Shown: positions 7,800 to 17,883 of the stretch, in pieces | Numbering within the stretch: position 1 is the stretch's first letter | Layout of the letters: the number at the start of each line of letters is the position of its first letter | Assembly (NCBI GenBank): GCA_007693605.1 | Contig: REDG01000018.1 | Location: forward strand, 1 to 39,618 | DNA from: Bradymonadales bacterium | Lineage (GTDB): Bacteria; Bdellovibrionota; UBA2394 | Length of the DNA stretch: 39,618 bases | Reading direction: 5' to 3' | Made by a program: the position numbers and the translations under genes | Notes under the pieces: model-generated | Told to the model about the DNA's origin: nothing | Seen by the model: only the letters and a program-made list of their open reading frames with translations | The model's database searches: none

Positions 7800-9335
7800 C
7801 TATTCCCACTCAATGGTGGCAGGCGGCTTCGACGAAATATCGTAAACGACACGGTTGATGCCTTTGACCTGATTGATGATTCGCCTGGAAATCTTTTCTA
7901 AGAGTTGAGGTTCGAGGGCGCCTACACTGGCGGTCATGGCGTCTTCAGATTCAACGCATCGAACGGCAATACAGTGTTCATAGGTTCGCTCATCTCCCAT
8001 CACGCCGACAGAAGAAACCGGCAGATAAACACAAAAAGCCTGCCACAAGCGATGAAGCCAGTCCGAGTCTTTCAAAACTTCTTGAAGACAGGCTTCGGCC
8101 TCTCGAAGTCGGTCCAAGCGTTCCTCCGTCACTTCCCCAATAATCCGAACGGCAAGGCCCGGCCCCGGAAATGGGTGTCGACCTAGAAAGTCCTCCGACA
8201 GGCCCAGTCGTCGACCCAAGACTCGAACCTCGTCTTTAAAGATTTCACCAAAGGGCTCTAAAAGCTGAAAGTTCAATCTCTCTGGCAGACCCCCAACATT
8301 GTGATGGCTCTTAATCTTCTTTGACACCCCTCCGTGCGGACTCGTGCTCTCAATCTTATCTGAGTAAAGCGTGCCCTGAGCCAAATACTTCACTTCTGAA
8401 AGATCAGAGACCTCTCTCTCAAAAACTTCAATGAATACTCTTCCGATCTGTTTTCTTTTCTCCTCTGGGTCAATCACTCCAGTAAGGGCCGAAAGAAAGT
8501 CTCGCTTCGCATCCACAATTCGAATGGGAAAATTGAAATGTTTTTCAAACAGTTCACGAAGTTCCTTCACTTCGGCTTTTCGCAAGAGGCCCGAGTCAAC
8601 ACAGACACACTCCACTTTTCCAGGAAAAATCGAGTTCAGTAGGACCGCTAGAACCGTTGAGTCTACTCCCCCACTGACGGCGCACAAGATCTTTCCATCC
8701 TTCACTTCTGACTTCAATTTCAAGCGAAGCTCTTCGAGCATCTGGCTCGCATCCCAATCAAAAGAGAAGCCGCACAGTCGTAAAAAGTTTTTAAGGATTT
8801 TGTTGCCAGCGGGAGTGTGGCTAACTTCTGGGTGAAACTGCATCCCAAAGAGCTTCCGCTCGGAATCTTCCATCGCAGCAAGCACTCCCGCTTCTGAAAA
8901 GGCGGTCGGCCGAAAGCCGGGTGGCGCCTTAGAAACATGATCGCCATGACTCATCAGAACCGAGAATTCAGAGGACTCGACCCCCTCCCAAAGAACTGAG
9001 CTCTCGTGCTGTTTGAGAAGCTCCACGCCGTACTCCCGAGCGACCTGCGAATCCACCTGCCCCCCCAGCTCCTTCGCCAAATATTGCATGCCGTAGCAGA
9101 TCCCCAATACCGGAACTTTCAAGTCTTGAAGACTCAACTCAAGCCCGGGAGCGTTTTGATCGACGACACTCATCGGCCCCCCAGACAAGATGACTGCCGC
9201 GACCGACCCCTCATTCAAGGCTGCCTTCAAGTCTCGGCTTTGAACCAAGCGGGAGTAAACTCGAAGCTCCCGCAGCCTTCGAACAATCAACTGGGTGTAC
9301 TGGCTTCCAAAATCAACAATCAGACATGTTTTCAT
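7800..9335 (-). CDS. guaA: GMP synthase (glutamine-hydrolysing)
   Basis: DFGSQYTQLI, GICYGMQ, QFHPEV, SGGVDS, KSHHNVGG, HPFPGPGL and KPPATIEWE motifs. Confidence 0.99.
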   Translation of the reverse strand: MKTCLIVDFGSQYTQLIVRRLRELRVYSRLVQSRDLKAALNEGSVAAVILSGGPMSVVDQNAPGLELSLQDLKVPVLGICYGMQYLAKELGGQVDSQVAREYGVELLKQHESSVLWEGVESSEFSVLMSHGDHVSKAPPGFRPTAFSEAGVLAAMEDSERKLFGMQFHPEVSHTPAGNKILKNFLRLCGFSFDWDASQMLEELRLKLKSEVKDGKILCAVSGGVDSTVLAVLLNSIFPGKVECVCVDSGLLRKAEVKELRELFEKHFNFPIRIVDAKRDFLSALTGVIDPEEKRKQIGRVFIEVFEREVSDLSEVKYLAQGTLYSDKIESTSPHGGVSKKIKSHHNVGGLPERLNFQLLEPFGEIFKDEVRVLGRRLGLSEDFLGRHPFPGPGLAVRIIGEVTEERLDRLREAEACLQEVLKDSDWLHRLWQAFCVYLPVSSVGVMGDERTYEHCIAVRCVESEDAMTASVGALEPQLLEKISRRIINQVKGINRVVYDISSKPPATIEWE

Positions 9336-9342
9336 TTGAATC

Positions 9343-10800
9343 CTAGCCAAGCTGGTAGTTGGGCGCTTCTTTTGTCACGACAACATCATGCACATGCGAC
9401 TCTTTCAAGCCAGCGGCTGTCATTCGAACAAATTTCGCGCGCTTCTGAAGCTCAGCAATCGAAGCCGCCCCCACATAGCCCATTCCAGATCTGACCCCTC
9501 CCATCAACTGATGAATGACGGTCGAAACAGAACCTCGATAGGGCACTCGCCCTACAATTCCCTCGGGAACCAGCTTTTCCGTCAGTTCATCCGATTGAAA
9601 ATAACGATCTCGCGAGCCCGATCTCATGGCCTCAATACTGCCCATACCCCGATGCTCTTTGTAGGATCGCCCCTGATACAAGATCGTCTCGCCCGGGCTT
9701 TCGTCTGTACCCGCCAGAAGAGAGCCCACCATCACGCTGTCCGCCCCAGCCGCCAATGCTTTCACCACATCTCCAGAATACTTGATTCCTCCATCCGCAA
9801 TCAGCGGCACCTTCGCGGCTCGACACTCTTCAGCACAATTCATAATGGCCGTCAGCTGAGGAACTCCCACTCCTGCAATCACCCGAGTTGTACAAATGCT
9901 ACCCGGGCCCACGCCGACCTTAATGGCATCGGCTCCCGCACGAATCAAGGCCTTGGCGGCCTCAGCTGAAGCCACATTACCCGCCACCACCGGAAGCTGA
10001 GTGAAATCTTTTTTGATCTGCTTCAATTTCTCAATCACAAGATAAGAGTGGCCGTGAGCGGTGTCTAAAAACAAGACATCGACCCCAGCCTCCACCAACA
10101 ATGCGACTCGTCGATCGTCTTCAACGGCCGTGCCAATGGCTGCTCCCACCACTAGACTTCCCCGAGAATCCTTCGAAGCCTGAGGATATCGCGCAGTCTT
10201 TTCAATATCTTTGATCGTGATCAAACCCTTCAGTCGCATTTCTGAATCCACCACGAGAAGTTTCTCGATTCGGTGCTGACTCAAAAGTTGTCGACAAGCC
10301 CCTTGATCAGCCCCCTCTTCGACGCTCACAAAATCTTTTGTCATCCGCGAACTCACGGACTGATCCAGCCTTTCCACAAAGCGCAGGTCACGGTTCGTGA
10401 TGATCCCTACACAGCGCCCCCCTTCGACAACGGGTAGGCCTGAGATGTTATGCTTGTCCATCAACTCTCTCGCTCGCTTCAAGGGATCTTCCGGACCAAT
10501 GGTGATTGGATTGACCACCATTCCACTCTCAAACTTTTTCACCGCCTTCACTTCGGCCGCTTGAGATTCAGGGCTCAAGTTGCGATGGATCACACCGATT
10601 CCACCTTCTTGAGCCAAACGAATCGCCATCTTTGACTCTGTGACAGTGTCCATGGCGGCGGATGCCAGAGGAATTCGCAGTTCAATTCCGACACAAAGCC
10701 GAGTTTGGAGTGAAATCTCTCTCGGAAGCACGGAGCTATCTTGCGGAACAAGAAGCACATCATCGAATGTGAGCGCCTCAGCAATCAATTCTTTGGTCAT
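9343..10800 (-). CDS. guaB: IMP dehydrogenase
   Basis: [19 protein letters not shown] pair, [11 protein letters not shown] and ADGGI. AAGGAG RBS precedes ATG 10800. Confidence 0.99.
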   Translation of the reverse strand: MTKELIAEALTFDDVLLVPQDSSVLPREISLQTRLCVGIELRIPLASAAMDTVTESKMAIRLAQEGGIGVIHRNLSPESQAAEVKAVKKFESGMVVNPITIGPEDPLKRARELMDKHNISGLPVVEGGRCVGIITNRDLRFVERLDQSVSSRMTKDFVSVEEGADQGACRQLLSQHRIEKLLVVDSEMRLKGLITIKDIEKTARYPQASKDSRGSLVVGAAIGTAVEDDRRVALLVEAGVDVLFLDTAHGHSYLVIEKLKQIKKDFTQLPVVAGNVASAEAAKALIRAGADAIKVGVGPGSICTTRVIAGVGVPQLTAIMNCAEECRAAKVPLIADGGIKYSGDVVKALAAGADSVMVGSLLAGTDESPGETILYQGRSYKEHRGMGSIEAMRSGSRDRYFQSDELTEKLVPEGIVGRVPYRGSVSTVIHQLMGGVRSGMGYVGAASIAELQKRAKFVRMTAAGLKESHVHDVVVTKEAPNYQLG

Positions 10801-10984
10801 CTTGAAACTCCTTTGTCGATTTATACGCGATTTTCGATCAGATCTGGAGAAATGCTTCTGCAAAGTTTGAGTGATTGCCCAAAAAAAGCAAATACGCCTA
10901 GCATAGAGGCAGGTGTTGATGAAATTGCACAGCAAAGTTGAGAGCTTAGCAAGCTTTGCTCAGAGCCAGGTGGCCCCCCCCATT

Positions 10985-12232
10985 ATGGACAGCTCTCGAA
11001 TTGAGGGCTTTTGGAAGTGGGCACTGCTTTTCCTCTTTGCTTTGAGCCTGCTTAGCTTTGTGGCCTTTCTTCTCAGCTTTTTTTCTCCCCAACTGAAGCC
11101 GGTGGCGCGAGCCCTCTTTGAGCGAGTTCCCGGCAGATCGTCGAAGAAAGCAGCCGAAGCCTCCGCTCAGACTGAATCTGAAGCCGCATCCACAGAAAGT
11201 CCTCCGGCAGCAAGCCCAGAGGCTGAGGCGGCTGCGCCGAACACAGCCGAGTCTGCTGAGAAGCTGCCCCCTCCCCCAGCTAGCAAGGGAGGAGAGGCTC
11301 CAGCGGCCGCGACTCTAGAAGAAGCTCCACCAACTGAAGAGCCTGAAGCCTCCGATGGGCTCAATGAAGTCACCGAAGTGATGGAGGCTCCTAAGACTCT
11401 CGAAAAGACGGCGGAAGTCGCTAGCGAGGAACCTGCGGCCGCTGGCTCTGAGCCAGAACCAAGGCCTGCCGAAGAGACCACCCAAGAGCCTGAGGCCTCT
11501 GCCCCAGAAAAAGGACCAGAGAAAAAACCGGAGGAAGAAGCTGAGGAAGAAATCGCTGAAGAGATCGCAGAGGAGATTGCTGAGGAGAAGATTGCTGAGG
11601 AGGAGATTGCCGAAGAAATCGCAGAGGAAGTGGCCGAAGAAGTGATCGAGTCGCCACCCAAACAGGCCGCGTCTGAAGAGCCGGCAGAAGACTTCGCTGA
11701 AGAGATTGCAGAAGAAGTGGTAGAAGAAGTCTCAGACGATGCGCCAGAACCAGCGCCCATCGAGGCGGCTTCTGAGGAAGCCGCTGAAGAATTGGCCGAA
11801 GAGATTGTCGAAGAAGTGACAGAGAGCCTTGAAGAGGAGCCTCAAAAGGCCGCAGCGACTGAATCGCAAGAGGCCCATTCCGCCCAGAAAGAGATTGAAC
11901 GGAAGCAGGATGACGAGCCTTCGAGCGAGATTCCAGAGACAACCGAAGAACTGAAAATTCCAAAAACAGAACTGAAAGCCGAGGCCCCCCCGATTGAGTC
12001 AACAGAAGACTTTTTTGATCCGGAAGAAATCTCTCAAGAAATCGAGAAGGCCATGCTAGAGCCCTTCAAAGATCAAAAGACTGAAATTCTGAAGGAGGCT
12101 GAGGCTCTGGGATTGCCAGATGAAGACGAATCTGATGAAACAGAAATCGAAGAGGGAACCCAAGAGACCCCAATTTTCGACCCTTCGACTTTGGACGATG
12201 TTCTTGAGGACGACGAAACAGAAAAGAAGTGA
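10985..12232 (+). CDS. single-pass membrane protein with long acidic, Glu/Ala/Pro-rich disordered tail
   Basis: Hydrophobic segment WALLFLFALSLLSFVAFLLSFF followed by about 350 aa of E/A/P-rich sequence with EEIA repeats. Start uncertain (10913-10985). Confidence 0.75.
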   Translation: MDSSRIEGFWKWALLFLFALSLLSFVAFLLSFFSPQLKPVARALFERVPGRSSKKAAEASAQTESEAASTESPPAASPEAEAAAPNTAESAEKLPPPPASKGGEAPAAATLEEAPPTEEPEASDGLNEVTEVMEAPKTLEKTAEVASEEPAAAGSEPEPRPAEETTQEPEASAPEKGPEKKPEEEAEEEIAEEIAEEIAEEKIAEEEIAEEIAEEVAEEVIESPPKQAASEEPAEDFAEEIAEEVVEEVSDDAPEPAPIEAASEEAAEELAEEIVEEVTESLEEEPQKAAATESQEAHSAQKEIERKQDDEPSSEIPETTEELKIPKTELKAEAPPIESTEDFFDPEEISQEIEKAMLEPFKDQKTEILKEAEALGLPDEDESDETEIEEGTQETPIFDPSTLDDVLEDDETEKK

Positions 12233-13059
12233 TGAAGCCAAGAAAACATGTCTGGATTCAAGTAAACGAGGAAGTCCCTCGAAGTTTTTGGTGGGCCGAG
12301 TTTCTAAAGGGCCACTCTTGGGCTGAGCGACTGATCGAAGAGAAGTGGGCCGGAGAAAGTTTGCGATGGGCCCAAGTGGTCGACAGCTCTCGGTCGTTCA
12401 CACTCTTTGCAAGACAAAAGCTCCTGCTTATCAGTCAGGCTGACAAAGCGCTGAAAACAGTAAAGAAGATCGAAGAACTGTTTCAGGAGTTTCAAGACTG
12501 CCCCCATGTGATTCTTTTACTTTCAGAGTCAGCCCCCCCGAAGGCCTGGCCTTTTGAGCAGTGGGTTGCCCCAGAGCCTCAAGAGGATGGTCGGCATGAA
12601 AAGGCCATCTTCAGGTGGATGGACCAAATTGATCGCTCTGATTTGAGAAGCTGCCTACGAGAGCTCGAACTTAGCCTGGATGCTGGCCAACACCCCCTCG
12701 CCCTTCTCCAAATGCTGACTCGCCACTATCGAATGGGTCGACTGGTCACATATGCCGTGAAGAAGGGTCTTAGCGAAGCGGAGATTACCAGAAGCTTGAA
12801 ACTCCCGGGCTTTGTCATTCAAAAGTGGAGAAAGGCTCCGCGCTATTCCCAAACTCAGTGGACTCACATCTTCCACAAGCTCTCGGAGGCTGACCTGTTT
12901 CTGAAGTCAGGATACGACGAAAAGGATGTGCTTAGAAAGCTCAGCCACGATCTCTGTCAGATTCGACTCAAAAAAATGAAGCTGCTTAGCGCGAGGCCGG
13001 CGCGGCCTGGCTTCCTTTTCGGTTCACCGCTTTTGCAAGTCTCGCCATCTTTCTTTTGA
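12229..13059 (+). CDS. holA: DNA polymerase III delta subunit, divergent
   Basis: SFTLFARQKLLLI; C-terminal collar IFRWMDQI...GQHPLALLQMLTRHYR...LSEADLFLKSG. Convergent with rpsT, the usual synteny. Confidence 0.7.
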   Translation: MMKPRKHVWIQVNEEVPRSFWWAEFLKGHSWAERLIEEKWAGESLRWAQVVDSSRSFTLFARQKLLLISQADKALKTVKKIEELFQEFQDCPHVILLLSESAPPKAWPFEQWVAPEPQEDGRHEKAIFRWMDQIDRSDLRSCLRELELSLDAGQHPLALLQMLTRHYRMGRLVTYAVKKGLSEAEITRSLKLPGFVIQKWRKAPRYSQTQWTHIFHKLSEADLFLKSGYDEKDVLRKLSHDLCQIRLKKMKLLSARPARPGFLFGSPLLQVSPSFF

Positions 13060-13258
13060 CGGTATTAGGGTGCAAGACGCCCCTTGCTTTTTGAATCTTC
13101 GAAAAAGCCTCCGACAGTTTAAGCTTCTTCTCACTCTCTTCTTTACTGAGTAAGGCGCTTTTCACTGCGGTTCTCAGCTTCGCACGAAGCTTTCGATTTC
13201 TTTCACTTCGAACCAGGTTTTGACGAGCTCTCTTTTCTGCTGAACGATGATTTGCCAT
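12986..13258 (-). CDS. rpsT: 30S ribosomal protein S20
   Basis: MANHRSAEKRARQ...RNR...LRTAVK...GVLHPN...RKMARL. Confidence 0.97.
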   Translation of the reverse strand: MANHRSAEKRARQNLVRSERNRKLRAKLRTAVKSALLSKEESEKKLKLSEAFSKIQKARGVLHPNTVKRKMARLAKAVNRKGSQAAPASR

Positions 13259-13318
13259 TGCCAACCAGCAATAATCGTCACAGACTTATTCTGTCAACAA
13301 AAGGCTTTCAATACCTTG

Positions 13319-14908
13319 ATGAACCAAGCAGACACAGAGAAGGGAGAGATTGGCCGAGCTGGTCGCGTTATGGCCGGGGGAACCCTTCTGTCACGAATCC
13401 TAGGCCTGGTCCGAAATCAGCTATTGAGCCATTACTTTGGAGCGGGCTTTGCCTCTGACGCCTTCATTGCCGCCTTTACCATCCCCAATGCCCTGCGAAG
13501 GCTATTTGGAGAGGGGGCTCTCACGCCCGCTTTCGTTTCGATTTTCACTCGGGAGCTTCAGAAGAATGACCCCCGAGCTGCTGAGAGCTTTGTGTCGAAT
13601 TGCTTTTGGTGGCTTAGCCTCTGCGTCGGATTTCTCTGCCTTCTGGGCATCCTTTTGAGCCCTTGGCTTGTCGCCCTCTATGTACCCCACTTTCAAGAAA
13701 TTGAGGGTAAATTTGAACTCAGCGTTCAACTCACCCGCTTTCTCTTTCCATTTCTCCTTTTCATCTCCTGGGCCGCCCTTTTTATGGGAGTCTTGAACTC
13801 CCTCAAAAGCTTTGCCATCCCTGCCTTAGGTCCAGCCGTCCTCAACCTTTGTGTCATTAGCCTTTTTCCATTGGCATTCTGGCTTCTCAGTGCCGATTCT
13901 GAGCTCGGTATTTTTGTCTTCTCAGGAGCGATTCTAGTCGGAGTTATTCTACAAGTCGTGGTCTTCGTTCCAAAGCTCCTTCAGTTTAGGCTTTGGCCTC
14001 GACTTCAGTTTAACTGGCGAGATCCTAGAGTCTTCAGCTTAGGATTGATTCTCGTTCCTTCTCTCTTGAGCATGGGAATTTATCAACTCAATATTATCGT
14101 GAATCGAATCTTTGCAAGCGACATCCCCGGAGCGGTCTCACATCTTTTCTACGCGGACCTCTTGATCGAGCTGCCCGTTTCGCTGATTGCCACTTCGATG
14201 TCGGTCGCAGCGCTTCCGAGCTTAACGCGACTCTATATTGCTGGGGATCGTACGAGCCTTGCTCAGACCTTTAGCTTTTCGACGAGCCTCAATCTCTCGC
14301 TAGCCTTGCCCGCGATGACTGGCTTGATTCTTCTCGCGACGCCACTTTTGTCGACCATTTTTTACACAGGCCGATTCGAAATGTCTGACCTAGAAGTGAG
14401 TTCACACTGTCTCTTCTTCTACAGCCTTGGGCTCCCCTTCTTTTGTCTGATGAGAAGCCTTCTACCCATGTACTTCGCCATGAAAGACACGAAAACACCT
14501 GCCTGGATTGCTCTGTTTGCGCTCTTTGTGAATGCGGTTCTAGCTTGGTATCTTTCCAAACGGATGGGAGCTCCGGGAATTGCTCTGGCGACCAGTGCGT
14601 CGAGCTTCGCCAACTGTGGTTTACTCTGCATCATTTTGATGAAGCGCTTTCCTGACTTTCTCTGGGGTGAAATTCTAAAAACCGCCTTCATCGCTTCTGT
14701 TTTCAGTCTTATCATGGCCGTCTGCCTTTGGCAGGCTCAAGAAGTTCTCGAGTGGACGGCTGTTTTCAACCAAAAGGGCATTCGACTCGATAAGTTCGTG
14801 CTGGTCTTGACTCTGGTGGGTCTAGGCGCAGCCGTCTATTTAAGTCAGATTTTTGTCTTTCCTCAACAGGCCCTTGCTCGATTTCTGCGAAGGCGCCCAC
14901 AGAATTAA
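13319..14908 (+). CDS. murJ: lipid II flippase MurJ/MviN
   Basis: TLLSRILGLVR, SDAFIAAFTIPNALRRLFGEGAL, and FAMKDTKTP. Divergent from rpsT. Confidence 0.97.
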   Translation: MNQADTEKGEIGRAGRVMAGGTLLSRILGLVRNQLLSHYFGAGFASDAFIAAFTIPNALRRLFGEGALTPAFVSIFTRELQKNDPRAAESFVSNCFWWLSLCVGFLCLLGILLSPWLVALYVPHFQEIEGKFELSVQLTRFLFPFLLFISWAALFMGVLNSLKSFAIPALGPAVLNLCVISLFPLAFWLLSADSELGIFVFSGAILVGVILQVVVFVPKLLQFRLWPRLQFNWRDPRVFSLGLILVPSLLSMGIYQLNIIVNRIFASDIPGAVSHLFYADLLIELPVSLIATSMSVAALPSLTRLYIAGDRTSLAQTFSFSTSLNLSLALPAMTGLILLATPLLSTIFYTGRFEMSDLEVSSHCLFFYSLGLPFFCLMRSLLPMYFAMKDTKTPAWIALFALFVNAVLAWYLSKRMGAPGIALATSASSFANCGLLCIILMKRFPDFLWGEILKTAFIASVFSLIMAVCLWQAQEVLEWTAVFNQKGIRLDKFVLVLTLVGLGAAVYLSQIFVFPQQALARFLRRRPQN

Positions 14909-14948
14909 AGCTAGATTCTCGAAAGAAAGCTTATGTAAGCTGTTAAAA

Positions 14949-16646
14949 GTGCAGCGAATTCTTCTGTCTATCGGCTTATTGCTCTTCTCCCTTGCGGAGG
15001 GCGAAGCTCGTGCTGCTTCTGAAATCGAGACAGACTTCGGCCAGAATCGCCTCAGACAAGATTTCCACCAAGCACAGCAACTGGAAGAACTGGAGAGTTT
15101 CAAAAACCGATACGATTTTGTTGATATCGCAGAGGCTTATTGGATTCACCGACATTTGCGACCTGAGGAGCTTCCCCCACAGCCCTTAGAAATCAGTAGC
15201 GCACTCATGCACTGGAGAGAATCCATCACCCGATCCCCCCTTCAGGTTGGCCAATGGGGGGGCGCCCTTCTTAAGGCCTTTCAGATTGGTTTTCAAAGGC
15301 CCGTGGAGTTGATGCTCGCGCTCATCAAACACACCAGCCAACTGCAACTTCCTCTTTTTCTGTGCCTTCTCTTTCTTCTATTCATACATTTTCTTAACTG
15401 GATGCCCGCCTTGCAGCGAGACTTTACAAGACTGTTTGGAGCCTCTTCGACCAAGACCGTCTGGTTCTGCCTTCTGTTTTGTATCGGACTGGGACTGGCT
15501 CTAAAGTTTCTCGCTCTCAGCCTGTTTTTGTTGCTTTGCATAGCCAGCGTCTATGCCAGGCGTCGGCGCTTTTTCTTCAGTCTGAGCCTACTGTTTGCCA
15601 TTGCTATTTCTGGAGCCCCCGTCATTTCTACGATTCACTCAAGTCTTGAAGAGTCTTTGGCGGTTGAGGCTCTGAAGCACGGAAAGAATCGACTCGAATA
15701 CTCACAAAGTCGGCTCCGAACACTCAACCCAGAATTGCAGGCGCTTTGGGCCGCCCTTAATCAAGATGAAGCTCTTGCCCGAAGACTTCTATCGCAGCAA
15801 GAGCCGGGCTTGATTGGACAAACGATTCTGATCAATCTTTCTCATCGCAGCTCGAACCGAGATCAGAGTATTCAGAGCTACCTGAGTTTGGACTCTCAGT
15901 TTCCGAACAATTCGGTGGTAGCCTTCAACCTTGCCCAGCTTTACGGAGAAGCTCAAGATCTGGCCTCTTCCGATCGCTATCGAAACCGACTTTCAAATCG
16001 AGACTACCTACAGCTGTTGGGGGAGTACCAAAGACGAGACAGAAGGCTCTTGTTTGAGCGCCCAAAAAGCGTGGCCGTATTCTTTCTCATTCGATTGAAA
16101 GACAAGCTCTTTCAGACATTGACCCCCTCGTCATGGACGGACTTGAATTGGTTTTCACTCGCAAGGGCCATTTTGCCATGGCTTATTCTGATCGCGCTGA
16201 TGAAAACTCGAAGACGAGCCAGTGGTCTGTGCAGCTTCACTGGCGAACCCACTCCTTCTGTGTTTGTCAATCTCACCCCTCTCGCAGAAAAAATGACTTA
16301 CCAAGCTGAAAAGGTCGATGGATCAGAGCGGCAGAAGTACCTGCAAAAACGGCGGGATTATGAGAGAAGGCGCTCAGATCGAATTCGGTTTTGGTCTTGG
16401 CTGTTTTCACCAAGCTACCAGGTGTTCGAAGCCCAACTCTTTCGTGCTTTCTTCTTAGCCTTTGTGATCTGGAGCCTCTTCGTTCTGAGCCTTCCTTTCA
16501 GTGCGCGGGCGAAGATCTTAGACTTTGCCTCGGCTCCAAAACCGGGAGTCTTTTCTGAGTTTCAATTCTCTGTGGCTATCTTTGTGATTGCCCTGCTTCT
16601 TCATTACTTTGTTGGCCGAGCAAGCCGCAGAAAGGCAGAAGCATGA
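14949..16646 (+). CDS. multi-pass membrane protein with TPR-like helical segment, hypothetical
   Basis: Signal-like N-terminus, several hydrophobic helices, and TPR-like VAFNLAQLY. ATGA overlap with the next gene. Start uncertain. Confidence 0.6.
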   Translation: MQRILLSIGLLLFSLAEGEARAASEIETDFGQNRLRQDFHQAQQLEELESFKNRYDFVDIAEAYWIHRHLRPEELPPQPLEISSALMHWRESITRSPLQVGQWGGALLKAFQIGFQRPVELMLALIKHTSQLQLPLFLCLLFLLFIHFLNWMPALQRDFTRLFGASSTKTVWFCLLFCIGLGLALKFLALSLFLLLCIASVYARRRRFFFSLSLLFAIAISGAPVISTIHSSLEESLAVEALKHGKNRLEYSQSRLRTLNPELQALWAALNQDEALARRLLSQQEPGLIGQTILINLSHRSSNRDQSIQSYLSLDSQFPNNSVVAFNLAQLYGEAQDLASSDRYRNRLSNRDYLQLLGEYQRRDRRLLFERPKSVAVFFLIRLKDKLFQTLTPSSWTDLNWFSLARAILPWLILIALMKTRRRASGLCSFTGEPTPSVFVNLTPLAEKMTYQAEKVDGSERQKYLQKRRDYERRRSDRIRFWSWLFSPSYQVFEAQLFRAFFLAFVIWSLFVLSLPFSARAKILDFASAPKPGVFSEFQFSVAIFVIALLLHYFVGRASRRKAEA

Positions 16647-17707
16647 CAGACCTTTTTCATTTTTTCTCAAAACTCGAACAAGATCGTTGGTCCGGCGAAG
16701 TTCAGGTGACCGCCAGCGAGGGCAACGCCTTTCTCGTCTTTCTTGAGGGAGAGTTTCTGTATGCCTATCGACCGCTTGATCGGGCGGTCGAGAAACTTCA
16801 AGAGGTTCGATGGCTGCGAATGCCCCCAGAACAAGTTACTCAAGGGGCTGTGAGTTGGGAGGCCATCGTGCTTCAGCTGCTTCGAGAAAATCGAGAGAAG
16901 GAAGCCAAGCTAGTAAGACATTTGAAGTCAGACCGCTATGAAATCTTCTTTCGAATCTTTTTTTGGACCAATGTAGATCTGATTCCCATTCCGGACGATT
17001 CAGCCTTTTCACCGTCTTTAGAACTTTCTTTTTACAGCCCTCGATCGATCAGTCGACTGCTAAACGAAGCCAAAGCACGATTAGAAGAATGGCCAAAAAT
17101 ACAGAAGAGAATCGGATCGAGTCACCGAGTTTTTGCTTGTCGAGTGCCCTCGAGCGAACTGGAGAAAGAAGAGAACCGCCAGAAAGACGCCGTTGATCAA
17201 GCTTTAGAAAGGTTTAGTGATACGGCGGGAATTGTTCTTCAAGGCGATGCTCGATTCTCAGACGAGCAGATTGAGTTACTTCGACTGTGCGATGGGCATA
17301 ACAATGTTCAAGACATTATTCGAAAGTCTTATTCTGGAGAGTTTCTCACCTTAAGACGCCTGATCGAACTCTGGGATCAGGGAGCGGTCGGTCCAAGAGA
17401 CGAGGATAGCAGCAGAAGCCACGGCTCGAAGAGTCCACTTAGCTTCAAAGAGCTAAAGGCTGGTTTTCTTGTTTGTGTGTTTGTGGCTGCCGTTTCGGGT
17501 TTCTTCTTTTGGAGTCAGCCGACACCACAGGTCGATCTGGCCCCGGTGCAATCGGCTCTCGAAATTTACAGAGGGGTGCATGGCAGATACCCTCTGACTT
17601 TACAAGAGCTGCAGCTCTCTCGGGTGATTGCGGGTCAATCTTTTGATGGCCTTGCTTACCGACTAGTCAGCCTTGATCGCTACGAACTGGAATGGGAGTG
17701 GCGCTAA
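16643..17707 (+). CDS. DUF4388-like domain protein with TM helix and C-terminal GspG-like motif
   Basis: WSGEVQV...GEFLYA; LLNEAKARLEEWPKI; LLRLCDGHNNVQDII (typical of DUF4388 proteins). Tail ALEIYRGVHGRYPLTLQEL. Confidence 0.65.
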   Translation: MTDLFHFFSKLEQDRWSGEVQVTASEGNAFLVFLEGEFLYAYRPLDRAVEKLQEVRWLRMPPEQVTQGAVSWEAIVLQLLRENREKEAKLVRHLKSDRYEIFFRIFFWTNVDLIPIPDDSAFSPSLELSFYSPRSISRLLNEAKARLEEWPKIQKRIGSSHRVFACRVPSSELEKEENRQKDAVDQALERFSDTAGIVLQGDARFSDEQIELLRLCDGHNNVQDIIRKSYSGEFLTLRRLIELWDQGAVGPRDEDSSRSHGSKSPLSFKELKAGFLVCVFVAAVSGFFFWSQPTPQVDLAPVQSALEIYRGVHGRYPLTLQELQLSRVIAGQSFDGLAYRLVSLDRYELEWEWR

Positions 17708-17804
17708 AGGCCCATCTGCCCCTACTCTTATGTCGACCTCCGGTCGACATCGTTTTCGGATGGCTGCTTCGTTTCTTGCCCGCGTTGCAGTGGCAGCGAC
17801 CTCC
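17694..17804 (-). repeat. repeat-family copy 4 (inverted; module B plus end), overlapping the stop of the upstream CDS
   Basis: GGGAGTGGCGCTAAAGGCCCATCTGCCCCTAC...GTCGACCTCCGGTCGAC...CCCGCGTTGCAG is the reverse complement of the copy 2 pattern. Confidence 0.9.
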
Positions 17805-17883
17805 GAATTTGTTGGCAAGACTCTGCGGCAGAAAGACCAAGAATCTCTGCCCTAAGCAGCTCAACTTGGTATAGAATGCCCCC

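Noticed and set aside
5484..7800. Integrative island at the guaA 3' end (known hotspot)
   Set aside because: No integrase, and I found no duplicated guaA 3' att sequence. Only accessory genes and repeats are present.
10801..10935. N-terminal extensions on guaB, and likewise murJ, ymdB and tyrS in the ORF track
   Set aside because: Downstream ATGs match the family N-termini, and the extensions overlap neighbours or promoter regions.
11167..12002. Antisense ORFs of 197 and 193 aa
   Set aside because: They are shadows of the low-complexity Glu/Ala-rich gene.
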